DNA of 64,000 nt. It comes from Botryllus schlosseri. Taxonomy: Eukaryota. Where the stretch lies: NCBI GenBank assembly GCA_051294905.1, contig CM119373.1, positions 25,420,001 to 25,484,000 on the forward strand. The letters run 5' to 3'. Positions 35,421 to 49,900 of the stretch are shown here, piece after piece. Every line of letters begins with the position of its first letter. Position 1 is the first letter of the stretch. The position numbers and the translations under genes were made by a program. The notes below the pieces were generated by a model, which saw only the letters and a list, made by a program, of their open reading frames with translations, had not been told where the DNA came from and searched no databases.

Positions 35421-38400
35421 TCTAACGACGATATAAGCAGTCATATATCTGTGATCTCTTTCTTTTAGTCGTAATCTAACGTTATTCCTGGATTGGGTAT
35501 GCGCTGTGAGTAATACAAGAGATTCAACTCTACTAAACGCGCCCGTTGGCATTTGGTTCATCAGTATAAATTCACGAATTGGGATTTTGCGAAGGTCGGG
35601 ACCTGATACAGAGGTGCACCAACATATATTTGAATTATAATTTTGTGGCTATTTCATTCTCTATGTAGCCCACATATAACGGTTTTGCATAGGTGTTTCC
35701 GCTTCTACTTTTCGGGATTTGGTTTCAATGTCAGTGACGTGGTTCGCGCTGGTAACTGGAGGTAAACCGTATTACCGCTGTCGGATGGTTATATTGCGGC
35801 CTATAAACAAAACTCAACGTTTGATGTCTCTTAGGATTATTTAACCGTAGACCCATCAAATTTGGATCCATGATCCTTTCTTAAGGTTTATCGATATAAA
35901 TTACCTAAAATAATAAATTCACTATGAGACTGGAGTCTTTCCATTGAAAAACTCGAGGAAATACCAGGTTGACAATCTGTCAACGTGTGTGCAGATTAAG
36001 TTACTTAAAATTCCCGTGCTCGCGGACTCACCCAGGACCTTCCGCGGACTCGGGGTTGAGAAACACTGTTCTAGAGGGCCTAGGCATTATGGTGAAATGC
36101 ATGTTCATTTGTGCAATCAATAAATAACCTGAATCAAAGGCTTGGAGAGCCGCATGCCACCGGCGAGCCGCGGTTTGTCCACCCCTGGTACATATACAAC
36201 TGATACCAGCAATTTGATGGGAATATTATTACTGACCGGTCACTGCTCCTGCACGTGATATCGGTAATATAACATACATAGTCACATCATTTTGGGTTTC
36301 TCACCGTAACATTGGGTAATAGCTGTGTGTCATGGGTTGATTGACGACAATATTATTGATACAGTGGTTAGCGAGGCATATATACACGATATGTGACATC
36401 TATTCTATTCTATTCAAAACTATTCAGTCGTAACGTAACTCCCATGCACGATAAAGCGTCGATAAAGTCTTGTGGAAGTTAAATGCAGCTTCATATTAGG
36501 ACGTAACCATGATTACCGTATTTCCTGAAAGGCAAATTTAGCAAGTGTTTTTGAAGACGATATCTATCGTATACTCTTCGTGTAATGAAATATAGCAAAA
36601 ACAAATCTTTCCGCAAAATATTTTGAAAGTTTGGTAGAGAAACATATCCAGTTAATACATGAGATTAGCCACGCAAGCTTCAGTCATTTGATATTGAGAG
36701 TAAGTCCTTACTGGGACTTTTGCGCGTACTTAATTGCTAAATGGCCATAATGATCGCGAGGAAGGTAGGTTTAAGCGAGTATTAGAGCATTGCCATATCA
36801 ACAGACGAACACAATATATGCGATTCTGATCGATTGAGTGGCTACAACTCAGCACTGCCGCCTTTCCAGCTTTACAGTTGAAAGACGCCATTGCAGTGTT
36901 AAGTATCGATTTCATTATAGAATAAACTTATCAAGAATTACCATTTTTATGTACAAATATTATCGTATAATCCTTTATGTCTAATGGTTCTATGTAGGGC
37001 ATGTTGGCATAAGATTAACGCAGTTCTCGGAATTGATTTATTGTGCTTTAACCAAACGTATGTAGTATTAGAACATCTCCTTTTATTTACGAATTTTTGC
37101 CAAACAAAAGGTAGCAGCTTTTCATTGCTACACGGCTCATACTATTTGAACAATGTAACTTACTATAAGGCTAAGCCTTCAAGATACCCCGGTATTAGTA
37201 TCTTTGCGTCACTAGTTCTCTTGCGTATTTTGTTACACACAGACATCCGAGCTCCGTAGGCTATTTACCTATGATACAGCCGTTGAAGTTATACTGTATA
37301 GAAGGGACATACGTGGTTCTGCAGCTTGAGAACCGGATACGGAGAGCAATTTCGGGTCACTTAAAAAATAGATACGGCAGTCTTAGAGTTGGCCACATAG
37401 ATTCCCGAAACCGAAGACTACAGATGCACTCATACAAAATAAATAATTAATATTTGATCAGAGCACTAAAATATACCCTCCGACGCTCGCCCCATAACCT
37501 ACCGCGAATTCCGAAATCACTGTTATCCTGATCAATCGTATAGCGCCGGAATACCGTGAGAATCGCGTACTGAATATTACCGGGGATGATTGCACACACA
37601 GTACAGTGATCACGCATTTACAAAATTGGATAAAGCCAAATAAGGACACATGGGCCAACGCGTGTCATCGCTCACAATTTACAGAAAATGTACAGAAAAC
37701 AGGTCGTTATTTCGGCTCTTTGTGGTTTCATTCGGATTGTAGAATCGGAAACTGTGGTGCCCGCAGACAGTCAATGTAGTGGTAACTTTATATATGCCGC
37801 GGTCTCTCATTACCATGACCTACTCCTTCAATTTAACAAGGTCAGGTCATTCAAACCAGAAATCCTTGATATCAGACAGATTTCCAACCCCATTAAAGTG
37901 TTTATAATGTCGTCATCGGGCATATATTGATCAAAATGACAGTGCAAAGTCTTCTTGATACGGCAATCCAACGATGAAATGCGAATGGGGACACATTGAA
38001 ATGGAATAGGAACGCAGGATTTGCTAGATTGTCCTGCAATAATGGCACTATATAACTACATTTTCATTATATTACAAAAACGTTACGTGTACGTGAGATT
38101 AGTGATATCTATATCTTCGAACTAGCCAAAGTAATGTGTAAGATTAATCAGTTGCAAGTCCCCGTCTCTCTACAGCATTATGTTCAAGACTGTAGTAAAG
38201 TTCATAGTCATAACACGCGGCCGCGGCAAACGCCAACTTGTTCACAAAACTCCCATTTTAATTATTTATTCAAGGCACGGGTGCTCGACTATATTTTCAG
38301 TAACTGCTACTCAATGCTTATTCACTGCCGATTCTCAGTATATAAATCTGCAACCAATTTATTTATTATTTGTGTACATGGATACATTGAATGTGTGTAA

Positions 38401-41163
38401 CTGTAACTGTTATGTGTTCTATTTCTTTTTTAATATTCTTGCTGCTCAGTGAGCCCAACTATTCCTTTTTGTACGATATATTCTGTATTAGTCTATCGTG
38501 CTTAGTTGTTAGTTTATGATATTATTTCATTTCAATGTCCATTTACGCTGGTTCCAGCGGACACGAAGATCGTCATGATCATATCACCGGTACCAGTCTA
38601 TACCGAAAAAGTACTGTTTTTTTTTGTTAAATACTGCATATTTATACGTGTTCTATTTTTGGTATCATCGATTGACGAAATATCTCTCTCTCTCCTTCTC
38701 GTTCTCACCCTCTCCCTTTCGCTCTCTCCCCTGCAATCTGCAAACTTAATTATCCGAGCAATAATGATGTACTGGCGTAACAAGAGCGACGCATCATTAC
38801 TGTCGTTAAGATGGAGTCACTATATTCCCATCACAATTCACTTCTAGTATCAGCAAAATTTGACTCGAGTGATGTCAAGTCATTTAGGATTTTTTCATGT
38901 CAAGTCACGAGTCAGGTCACGCGGATTTTCGAAGTGAATCGAGTTAAGTCAATCGAATTCGAATCCATTTCAAGTCATGAAATACATTCAGTTTGCTTGA
39001 TTTGTCGTTTGATTTTACTGTGATGAGGCTTAGGAAATACATAATTGGGAACTTTGCAAATGCATAACTATTTGACATTGGTGTCATGCCTTTCCGTACT
39101 ACTATAATGGTATCGGAAGTTTAATGTTGGAACGTTGACGAGAAATTTGTTACAACAATTCGTAGATATTGACAAGAAAGTAAAAACTTTGATTCTCCTC
39201 ACATAATTCAATCTGTCAAGGAATGCTATCATAGCTACACGATGAACAAAACTTCGAGTTCAAATCGCCAAACCAATTTTATCCAAAAAAAAAGACCTGA
39301 ACATATCCACACACGGTAATAAAGTTGAAGTGAAAATATAATGTCAGTCAAGGTCAATATAACTGCAGTTAGGGGCAGTCGAAAGCTGTTTTATCTTCGT
39401 TGTCGCTGATGATGAAACCAATGGTATCGAACACGAACCGAAATTTGAACCCAACTGATCTCGTGATCAAGTGACGATGTAAAATATTATATGAGTTTAA
39501 ATTGAATAAACATTTGTTTGTGAGTCACCAAGCATCCAATATTTGTAAATCATCGCAGTCAAGTCATCCAAACATTGCAAATAATTACTCTATTAACAGG
39601 ATCTGCAGACTAAGGGTTGGCGTTCACGGCGGTATGGATCTGAAGTAATGATAAGAGCAAAGCATCTTGGTATTTCCAAACCTTTAGCACACTATATGGT
39701 GATTGGCGTTGGATAAGAGATCTCTACTCCCGATATGACCAGTCACAGGTCATGATGGGTCGCAAATAAGCCTGTCCCTGCTAAATCCAAGTATCGTAAC
39801 TTTCCAAAATCCAAATCAGTGTCATAGCAGAACCGAGATCATCGCGGTGAAACTAATTTGGAAAACTGACCACATCAGTCAGTCTGAATTTATATAAAAG
39901 ATTTCCCAAGATATCAGTGGGATTCAACGGCACTGTCCTCTGATTAGAAATTAGGAAAAGCCCATAGCGTTTCGCGCAGCGAGGCTAAAATTTTGGCATC
40001 ATTTCCTTATGATTGCATAAATGATATATTCAGCCATGCTGTGGAAAAACGTCATCTTTGTAAATAGATATCAATGACATCGTATTGCACTGCGAATAAA
40101 GTTCATGACCTAGCATGCCTTACATTGTCAATATTTATCAGAATTTCGTTACGTACCAGCAGCGTTGCTATCAATAAAAATCCACCAGTTATATTCTTTT
40201 GTGGGCCTCTGATAAGATACAGTCAATGGCAACGGGAGGTCAGGACAGCGAAAAAGGTATGTTGCTTGTGACATTGAAAATATATTTCGACCGTTAATCT
40301 TATCTTCAATATCGTCACTATCAGACTACTGTTCATGTACACCGTATTGGCCAACTCCCAGGTGACGCACGAAGTCACGGATAATATATAATGGCAATGA
40401 TAAATTATATTCCATTCAAAGTTGATTTTTCAATACATGACCTATTGAGGAAATTCTCAAATTCACTGGATCCGGTTATTTACTGTGTTTACTTTCGAGT
40501 CCCTATACGAAATCTGATAAACAATGAGTGTTTCACTTCACACGTATTTAGCATGAAAATAGCTCAGTGCGTTTCCCGTTTTATATTGACATATTAGCGA
40601 CATGTTGGTTGTGAAATTTATATGGACTGTTTGTTTTAAATTTACTATTCGATTCTTCCTTCATTGACTTTTCTTTTCAATGTTAATCTGTATCTGTGCA
40701 TTTATCAAATCATGAATCGGGGTTTCTCGTGCAACGGGCCCATCTCCCTATTATTTATCCGAGGCGGTAAGATCGCCTACTGATTACTTTAACTAATATT
40801 GGCAGGCGGCAAGTTTCATCAGTTTTTGCACATTTTTATTTTACCTAAATCATTATGACGTGAAGATGACACATGCCAAGTGCAGATAATTTACACTTGT
40901 CAGTTTCGTTCCGAATGACATATTAAAAATAAACGAGCCGACCATCAAGATAAACACCCGCAAGTGAAAGTTTTCAACCTATTATGTTCACGACCCACAA
41001 AACTAGTGAAAGCATGACATCGGCCGATTAAATATCAATAATCCACACCAATTTGCAACAGTACCAGGGCTGTCATACACTTAAGATTGAGTCAAACTGG
41101 TTACTTATTTACCTGTTAATCATATTAAAATGATTTTGCTATCAATTCATATACGGTCTATGG

Positions 41164-41837
41164 CAGGGGTTGTCGAACTCAAATTGCGTCGCGGGCCGGA
41201 TTAAACCCTTTAAATCGCTGGCGGGCCGCACTAGTTAACTGATTCCAGAATCATGCCCTATCTTTTCACTTGAATATTTTATTATCAAGTATATACAGAT
41301 AATAGTATATTGGCAATATTGCATTGTACCACGGATCATGTTTTATTAAAGTTATTCTAGCAAGTAGCAACACCTTTATTCGCGAACAATGGCGATTTGG
41401 GATTGTCTGGAGGCCGGACATCTTTTGAATAAAAGGTGACATGGTAGTGCAACCACTGATATTTGCATTGTATTTCTCTAACTTCTATATTCTACATGTA
41501 CACTGCTTATAATGGTTTCGCATTGGTGTTTTCAGTTATGTGAATAACTACGTTCTTCGTGTCATTTTTCCGTAAAGCTCTAAACTCAGTGGGGACCCAA
41601 TGTCTTCCCGAAATTGGGTGATAAAGTCACCAACTTTCCCCACTGTTAATCAAAAAGAAACCACAACAGTGGTAATAATGTGGTCTACGGACATGTCCCA
41701 CATTTGCTGTCTTAAGGCAATATTTAATGGATGAAATCCTACAAAAAACTCAACATTTGTACCGAATGTGATGGATAATATAACTATATATTAGTCAATG
41801 CAGAATTGGTCCGCGGGCCGCATGTTTGACAGCCCTG
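41164..41837 (+). mobile_element. hAT/Charlie MITE (674 bp)
   Basis: TIRs CAGGGGTTGTC / GACAGCCCTG. Perfect 8-bp TSD GTCTATGG (41156-41163, 41838-41845). Confidence 0.9.
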
Positions 41838-43244
41838 GTCTATGGTCTACTGAGGACAGGTCAATTGGTTGAAAAGTAGAATAATTCATACCTCGAACAA
41901 TATATTATTTCTTAATAAGCATATAAGCATATCGAATCTAATAAAATATATAAATTTTTACTGGATATATGATACCTCACATTCCTCTATATTAGGCGAA
42001 CTTTTCAGCTCCCGGGCCGATTTCAATAAATGAATCGATTCGCGTGCCGCACTTATATTAAATTAGGATTATTAGCCAAAGTGCAATGTTTTTATTTAAT
42101 TAAACAGGGACCGATGAATTACGGAGATGATATCTATGTATTTATTAATATTTAAATGCTTTCTTGCGCCGATAGCAGACGATACGTCCCAGCAAACACT
42201 GGTACAGACCAGGAATGCAGAAAATCCGTTTTTATTAGGGTGCGGCGGGAATGTAAAAATACCCTGCCTTGTCGACTCGTTTCAGCGTACTTCCAATGGA
42301 CTGCGGGATGGTGCATAATCCGTCTTTTCAGCGTAATTTCAACATTATGCTAGACTGTCTTTATCACGGCGTGGCGAGAATGTAAAAATACCCTCCCTGC
42401 CTTGTCGACTCGTTTCTACGTACTTCTAACGTTCTGCATATTGCCTCGTTTCAACGTACTTCTAACGCCCCGCAGAACTGTCAATACTGCCGGCAAATCT
42501 GATTTCGGGAACACACAAATCATAGCTTTGAATTACTGTTATTAAAAATTCAAACGAAAAGAAAGCACCATCAAACAAAAACAAAAAACTTTCATTTCAG
42601 CTTCATTTCAGTAAGCTTGATAACACATATCTTCTTCACCTTGGTCGTCGTCTGAAGATATGGTGTCTCTTATTTTCTTTTTTTAACAACCTCCTGTAAA
42701 GATAGGACATAAACACCGATTAGCTAAGGCATTCATTCAGACTCCAGGGCATAGCAATTTTTTGGGGGGAAGGGAGGCAAAAATTTGATGCGGTGATATG
42801 AGGATATGAAAAAATAGACTAAAAACCTAAAAAAACATGGTCTTGGGCCCGTAACTGGGTGATTAACACAGCTTTAACGGTGATCTTTTACCCACAGACA
42901 TGTTATGGAAAACCAGTGCTCCTCAGCAAATGAATATTTTAAAGATAATAGTTGAATTTGGTCAAGAATATTGTCAGTTACACTGATCCGTGGGCACTCA
43001 ATAGGGTGGATCAAACAAACTTATCGGGGGGATGCATCATCCCCTAGACCAGTGGTTCCCAACCTGTGGTACGCGAGTAGATTCCTTTTTTTTCGATCGA
43101 AGGGAAACGTTAGTTAAGATGGGGTTGATTTTCAGTTTTTTGAAGCCGTCGTTGTGGGTAGGGACAATCCCACCAATGACGGCCTACATTGGGATTCCGT
43201 TTTAATATATTTGACCACAAGTATTCCAAATGGATCCACTATAG

Positions 43245-44789
43245 CAGTAGTTCTCAACCTTTTTGTCTTCGCGGACCACTTTTGGACCGCCACAGACCCC
43301 CGTGGACCCCCTCAAGTTTTCGTTCAAAATTAGCTCAATTATATCGTGCAACCGTCAACTGTCTCGTGCAAACATTGATTTTAGGTTAGTAATAAACAGT
43401 CAGAAAATGAATTTTATTCAAAATAACATCACACTATATGTCGAAATTGGGTAGACTTTTAATATTTGGAAACAAATTTTCCACCTGCATTTATTGTCTT
43501 GAAAATTCTCGTCTTTGATTGGATATGAATGAGTGCCGAAAGTCCATTTCCACAAAGATATATTGGTGGCGAATGTCATATTAACGCGTAACGCTTCCGA
43601 CGATAGCTTTTGGTGTGTGTTTGTAATGAACATATCATGTCCACTAGGGTGGTTCAAAAATAACCTTTTTTCCTGAATCTTGCAGGTTACTTGATTAAAT
43701 CGTTAGGTTGCCTTAAAAAACGACGCACACCAAATTTGAATTCATTCCAACCAATATTCGCGGATTTCGTAGAGTTTGAAAATTTTGAATTTGCCTAAAA
43801 ATGCAAAAAAAAAATTTTTTCAAATTTTTCTGCCAACCCCATGAAATTGTTGCGCTGTCTTCGAAAACGATGCAAAACAAATTTGACTCAATTCGAAGCC
43901 GTAGAAGTGGAGTTATTTCAGTTTTTCTTTGATAATTCTGGGATTATCCTTGATTGGTGGATCATCTCAGAATTATCATCAAAAAACTTGAATAACTCCG
44001 CTTCTGCAGCTTGGAATTGAGTCAAATTTGTTTTCCATCGTTTTTGAAGACAGCGCAACAATTTCATAAGGTTGGAAGGAAAATTTGAAAAAAATTTTTT
44101 TTTGCATTTTTAGGCAAATTCAAAATTTTCAAACTCTACGAAATCCGCGAATATTGGTTGGAATGAATTCAAATTTGGTGTGCGTCGTTTTTTAAGGCAA
44201 CCTAACGATTTAATCAAGTAACCTGCAAGATTCAGGAAAAAAGGTTATTTTTGAACCACCCTAATGTCCACGCAGCCTATAGTCATTTCTATCTAGCATC
44301 TCATCTTGAAGGTATTTAGTGGTTATATCACAGAAGAAAATGGATTTCGTGGCGGCGCGGTTTCAATTCTTTCATTGGGACAGATAAGGAAAAAAGTTCA
44401 GGAACTTCTATTTCAAACGAATGATTACAAATTTGCTGCAACTGACAACTGCAACTGCAAATCCAAATTGCTATCTCCAACATTTAATTTTTCAGAAACC
44501 TTAACAAAACATTTATAAACAGCAATATATGTTTGCATCAGCATGCTATTGGTAAGTTGACAATAAAATGAGTTTGCACAGTCGGGTATTTCATCTCAGA
44601 CGACCATTTTAATGACGCGAGTCCTAAAGTTTTAGTAATTATGAAGCGAAAACTGTCCCATGCTTTTCCTAATTAAAAAAATGTAAATTAGGTTACCAAT
44701 GACTTTACAATGACCAGAGGCTTCCCAGACCCCCTGAAAATGCTTCGTGGACCACCAGGGGTCCGCGGACCCCCGGTTGAGAACCACTG
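43245..44789 (+). mobile_element. hAT/Charlie MITE (family of 2603-3303) hosting a fold-back insertion
   Basis: TIRs CAGTAGTTCTCAACC / GGTTGAGAACCACTG. TSD CACTATAG / CACTACAG (7 of 8). Confidence 0.87.
43645..44263. mobile_element. 619-bp fold-back (whole-length palindromic) hAT-type MITE
   Basis: Ends TAGGGTGGTTCAAAAA / TTTTTGAACCACCCTA. Perfect 8-bp TSD ATGTCCAC (43637-43644, 44264-44271). The arms are ~300-bp inverted repeats. Confidence 0.93.
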
Positions 44790-44869
44790 CACTACAGAAA
44801 TCATATAGCCTACTGCAAGAAATATTGCAAGAAATAGAGCTACAGAATTAGTTTTAAAATGATGAATGT

Positions 44870-45078
44870 TTTCACAATTTCTACATAAATGGTCTGATGT
44901 TAATTTCAAGAAAATTCATTTTATCGCTGTTTATCACTACGCTGCAGCTAAAATTTTCACAAGGCAGATGACAGTTGGACGATAATTGAGCTGAATTTGA
45001 ACCATAACTTGATATGTCCGCGGAGGTCCGTGATGGTGCGTAAGGGGTCAGCCAAGACAAAAAGGTTGAGAACCACTG
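44870..45078 (-). mobile_element. Truncated inverted copy of the 43245 Charlie MITE family
   Basis: The reverse complement matches the first ~200 bp of the element at 43245. Confidence 0.7.
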
Positions 45079-45291
45079 GCTTATGATATAAATTGTCTCA
45101 GTGTACATACGAAAAATCCTACCTTCTATCGGCATGCCCCTTTCTGACTTGGGAAGTGCCGCAGTGCTTCCCCGATGACATGAAGTCTTTTTCATTTGTC
45201 CCAACATGAAGATTTCTGCAAGCTCCTAAAACGATTTTTGGAAGCGTTAACATCAAGAATATTAAATCGATATTCCATTACGGTGCTTTAA

Positions 45292-45703
45292 TGATAAACA
45301 TATATTGAAACCTAAGAACTTTTCGCGTGCCAGTTATCCAAGAGCAACCGGCACGATGAAGGAAACAAAACCCAGTTGAATTCAAAACCAAATGGAGAAT
45401 TATGACACAACAATGTCGAATTCATAAATAGCATCAATGGAGCCAGAACATAGCAACAATGCAGCGTATAGCAACGGTAGCGTAACTGTGTGTCACGCTC
45501 TCATACTGCTTTACACAAGCGTTGTTATACGCTGCATTGTTGCTATGTTCTGGCTCCATTGATGTTAATTCTAAATTCAACATTAATGCGTCATAATTCT
45601 CCATTTGGTTTTGAATTCAACTCCATTTTGTCTTCTTTATCGTGCCGGTAGCTCTTGATAATTGGCACGCGAAAAGTTCTTCGGGTTTCAATAACGTTTA
45701 TCA
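45292..45703. repeat. ~410-bp imperfect palindrome (probable MITE, superfamily unclear)
   Basis: Ends TGATAAAC / GTTTATCA. Long matching arms, e.g. AAGAACTTTTCGCGTGCCA / TGGCACGCGAAAAGTTCTT and CATCAATGGAGCCAGAACATAGCAACAATGCAGCGTATA with its reverse complement. Confidence 0.85.
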
Positions 45704-45797
45704 GGAAGGTACTTTTGAAAGCAGTATTAAAATTTTGTACCACCAACCAATTATTCAATTACTATTTATCTTCAAAGTAAATGCTCATTGCATGAAG

Positions 45798-46279
45798 TAG
45801 GGTTGTAATGACTCGAGTCAAGTCACGATTTTCTGTTGACTCGACTTGACTTAAATCATTTTCTAAAAGTACAAAAATGACTCGACTCAATCTGTGTATT
45901 GACTCGACTCATTGCGCATGACTCGAGACTCAGACGGACAAGACCAACATTTCATGGTGATTTCAAAGAATAGTAAAGTAAACCGCCATTGGGATTTCGC
46001 CTATTGATACTGGTATTTGAAAATGCGACCAGAAACTGCTAAAAGTGAGGAAAATCAGTATTTTATGAATGCGAACCACTCGATATCACAAAAAAAAATT
46101 ATAAAAAGTTGGTTTAACAAGACTTTAACTGGAAAGTGAGCAGCCAACAGAATGACTTGGGAGTCTGACTCGAGTCATTATATAATACCATGACTCGACC
46201 CTCTGCTCGCTGACTTGGACTCGGACTTGACTCGGTGGTGACTTGTGACTCGAATCCTTGTGGCGTGGTTACAATCCTG
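45798..46279. mobile_element. hAT-type MITE with GACTC-rich subterminal repeats (482 bp)
   Basis: TIRs TAGGGTTGTAA / TTACAATCCTG. Perfect 8-bp TSD GCATGAAG (45790-45797, 46280-46287). Confidence 0.9.
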
Positions 46280-46363
46280 GCATGAAGCCTCAACAGTTAC
46301 ATGAGTGGGGTGACTAGACAATGAACATAGTCACATTTGCAGCATATCATGAATGTCTCTTAC

Positions 46364-46901
46364 TATATGTGATCTTGTTCAAATGGAGGTTGATGAAAGC
46401 GTATTTCCCATTCTTTCCGAATCCGCTGTAATCACACCAGACACCAGCACTGGCAAATTGCTTCATGATGCTTCTTGCTGACTGACCAATATTGTCGCCG
46501 CCAACAGTACTGAGTACAAATGTCTGAAATGTCAATATAGGAACAGAATTAGTTGACTGTTCTTGACCGTCCACTTTCAGAGTTGCATCTCAAAGATGCT
46601 AAAATAAGTCTAAAAATAATCGAAGCAATACGATCGTCAACTTTGACCGACTGAATTTCTATAAAAATAATAAACATAAGACCTTGATAGCTTCCATGTC
46701 TTACGTTGATATTTACCATCTGCTATCGGCACAACAAAGTATTTAAAAACAATAAAACAGATTCAACATACCACATCTCTTGCAAAAGCTTTTGCATTCA
46801 TTCAATTTGTCATCAAACATCTTCAAATCCTCCTTCGTGGTGAGTGGCTCAGGAAATAATTCTTCTAGGAGCAACTCTAATATCTTTTTATGATAGACAA
46901 T
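46364..46901 (-). pseudogene. DUF4806-like transposon accessory gene, two recognisable exons
   Basis: Exon 46901-46772 (…FPEPLTTKEDLKMFDDKL…) splices GT-AG in phase 1 to exon 46573-46364 (VLSTVGGDNIGQSARSIMKQFASAGVWCDYSGFGKNGKYAFINLHL), matching the DUF4806 pattern by eye. A weak LCWP…W..YKI remnant lies near 47410-47570. Confidence 0.68.
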
Positions 46902-49900
46902 CTATGACGGAAAAAAGTTTCGGAGAAGTTTTAAAACAAACACAATTTTCCACACAAAATTAAATTGCCACACGAAATGCGAAATACTACGGTGACTACG
47001 CTCCCATTTTACAAGGTATGGCGTGATGACGTACTCGTACATCCCATTATAGCTACAACAGCAATGAATTGCGTGTTCGAGCCTGACACGTCGACTCCAT
47101 AATTCCTACCAAAGTGTTGGTTGTTTGTCTAGGCTCCTCCTCGCCATGTCTCAAAAAGCCTATGGGCCGTGCTGTAAGTGGGCAGATACTGAATCATAAT
47201 AAGAACCGGCCAGGTGTAAAATGACCATTGTAGTTGAACCACCATGAACACCGCAAACAAACAAACATCTGACATGGGCATTGGGTATGTTGAAAAAGAA
47301 ATATTTCCGCTGTCAGAAAAGAAAGAAGTTACCCTTACCTAACACAGTAAACATTGAAACCAGCAATATAGGTCTTATTCGAAAGCAGAATAACAAATGT
47401 TTTACCGTACATATCAAATCAAATGGAAAGTTCATGTAAAATAGCCCGAAATATTATCTTATACTGTGACCATATTCTATCAATATGGTATGGCTGGTCA
47501 AATTCTCTGGGCCAACATAAACAAAACGTTTCGTTTCAACGATTAATAATCTTGTCACTGGATTCGTGGTATAATTGCACTAAAATATCAAAATTTGCTC
47601 CATTTTAAGAAGGGCAATTACCATCAAGATGAAAATGTCTATTCTTGCACCAACTTTTATAAAATCAGGATTCCAGTACCAAGGCAGGTAACCTACGAAT
47701 CAGTGTTCTATACAGGTATACATCTATGACGTTTACCTATAAAATTCAAGCATAAATATTCTGATATAGGTATATAGCCTAGGTACCGGTAATTCAGATG
47801 TTTGAAGCGACTTAGACAACTACATCATTCTAGTGGTTTAATTTCACTAAATTAGAGCGAAATGCCAGTAATATAATTGTAATCTAATTTGGAAAAAACG
47901 GTGTAGCTTCAATTCTAATCTGGAAAAGCTGAAACTTCTAGTTGTCTACGCCTGGTTTGAAAAAAGTCAAACAGCTTTAGGCGCCATATAGTACAGGCAA
48001 TTGGAAATACCCCATAAGCTATGCTACTGCATATATAACTTCAACCCGATACCTCAGTCAGTCACCATTCCTACATATTTACGGCATTTACCACACAGAA
48101 AAAGCGAACTATGCCTGGCTGCGACCTGTTGCGAGTCAAATCTGGACCCGCGCGATCATGTCAAATTTGAATCGCGGAAATATTCTAGAAGTCACGCATC
48201 GATAATCACATTCCTTAACGTACAACATCTCACTTATTTAGTTATTCTCTGAATAAACCTATTATCCATACTCGTTGAACATACGAGATTACCGAAAGAG
48301 CGAATATATATATAATGAAGATCATATATATGAGAAAAAACAAAACTGTTCGACCTTAGAGCAACAACACGAATATACAACACCGGTGACATCCTCACGC
48401 AATAAAACGAAGGGGGAACGATGTTTTCAGATGGATATTACGAAGCTACCGCATGAGATCGAACAAAACCGGACAGGAATTAATCGCGATTGAATGTACC
48501 GCCAAAGTCATCCTTTCTACGCATTTTAGTCATACCCGCGAGAGATAGAAAATTGGCATTATTAGGTTAACTACCGGATATAACGAAGCCTAATGCATGA
48601 GATGGAATAACACCGAGTGTGAATTCATTCTGATTAAATGTAACCCAAAGACCATCCTTTCCACGTGTTTCAGACATACCCCCGACACCTAGAAAATCAG
48701 AACCTAATGGAGATGATCCCGGATGATCCTTTTACCGTTTTGTGTTTGCTGGGGTAAGACCTTGGTATTGGTATTTATTATTAAAAGAGTTATATTCGCA
48801 AGTGGACGTGGAATAGGGTGTGAAAGCTACCAAGGTCTTACGATTAAATATTTAAAACAAATCGAACAATAATTTATTGTTAATGTACCCGCGTCAGAAA
48901 CATGACATCCTCAATAACCAATTTGGTAAAATTTGGAATCAAAGACGGCTGTGCCGATTCTTAAGAGCGGATGTAAATTTGAATCTGTGAGGAACGGTCT
49001 GTTCATAGATTAGCTGATTCTACTTTTGGTTCATCCCGAGGACAGACAATGCAGACAGCATCATAACCATGCTATCTTAAATATACCCTTCCACAATATA
49101 TAGTTAATATTAACATAAAATACTTCTAGCCATATCGAGGACAATTATATTCTTAGCACACGCTCCAATCAGTGTCCCAAATAACAGTAATAAAAGTAAT
49201 AAAATTGCTGGAGTTGCCAATTTTAAATCGCAATCATGATCCGGAGGATGTTATTTTCGATTAGAATTTCTGCGATGTTTACGAACTGAAACCTTTGAAA
49301 ATACGAAGTCCTTGAGATCAGGCAACTATATAGGGCGGCAATAACATAAATATAGTAAAACTAACTTGTCATTGTCACGGGAAAAAATATCAAGAAAAAG
49401 TTTTGCCAAGTCGCTGCAAAAAGTTACATTTTAGTGCGCATTATATTTTCGTCGGGCGTTCGCGGTTCGTAAAAAACGGGGATCCGGGCCGCACGCGGCC
49501 CGCGGGCAGTGGTTTGCCCACCCATGCTCTATATCTATATCACTTGCTATCAATCGATTGTTTGTGCAAACAGTGAACATGACTTAAAACTTCAATCACC
49601 AGGACACATGTTTACGGATATTATGCCTGATATCGCTCACATGATTTGAAGCCGTATGTAGCGTATCTAAATCAAATATTATTTTACCAGAAACACAGAG
49701 AAAGAAGAATTCTATCGCTGAAAATGTAAGATTTTACGAAGGTGAGAATCAAAGCCACAATATCAATGGTTCAATCTACTTTAGTCGGATATTTACCTAA
49801 AATAGGCATTGCACAATCTACGTATTTTCAGAATACATTAGATCAGACTGGATGAGTGGATCCCAACGTGCGTGATATCTCCCCCCTCCCCAGTCGGCGA

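Larger units (their letters stand above)
42188..48753. mobile_element. EnSpm/CMC-type DNA transposon with CCCAG ends, non-autonomous, 6566 bp including nested MITEs
   Basis: 12-bp TIRs CCCAGCAAACAC (42188) / GTGTTTGCTGGG (48742-48753). 2-bp TSD GT. Degenerate tandem repeats near both ends (about 42240-42470 and 48490-48730). Internal DUF4806-like exons. Confidence 0.78.
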
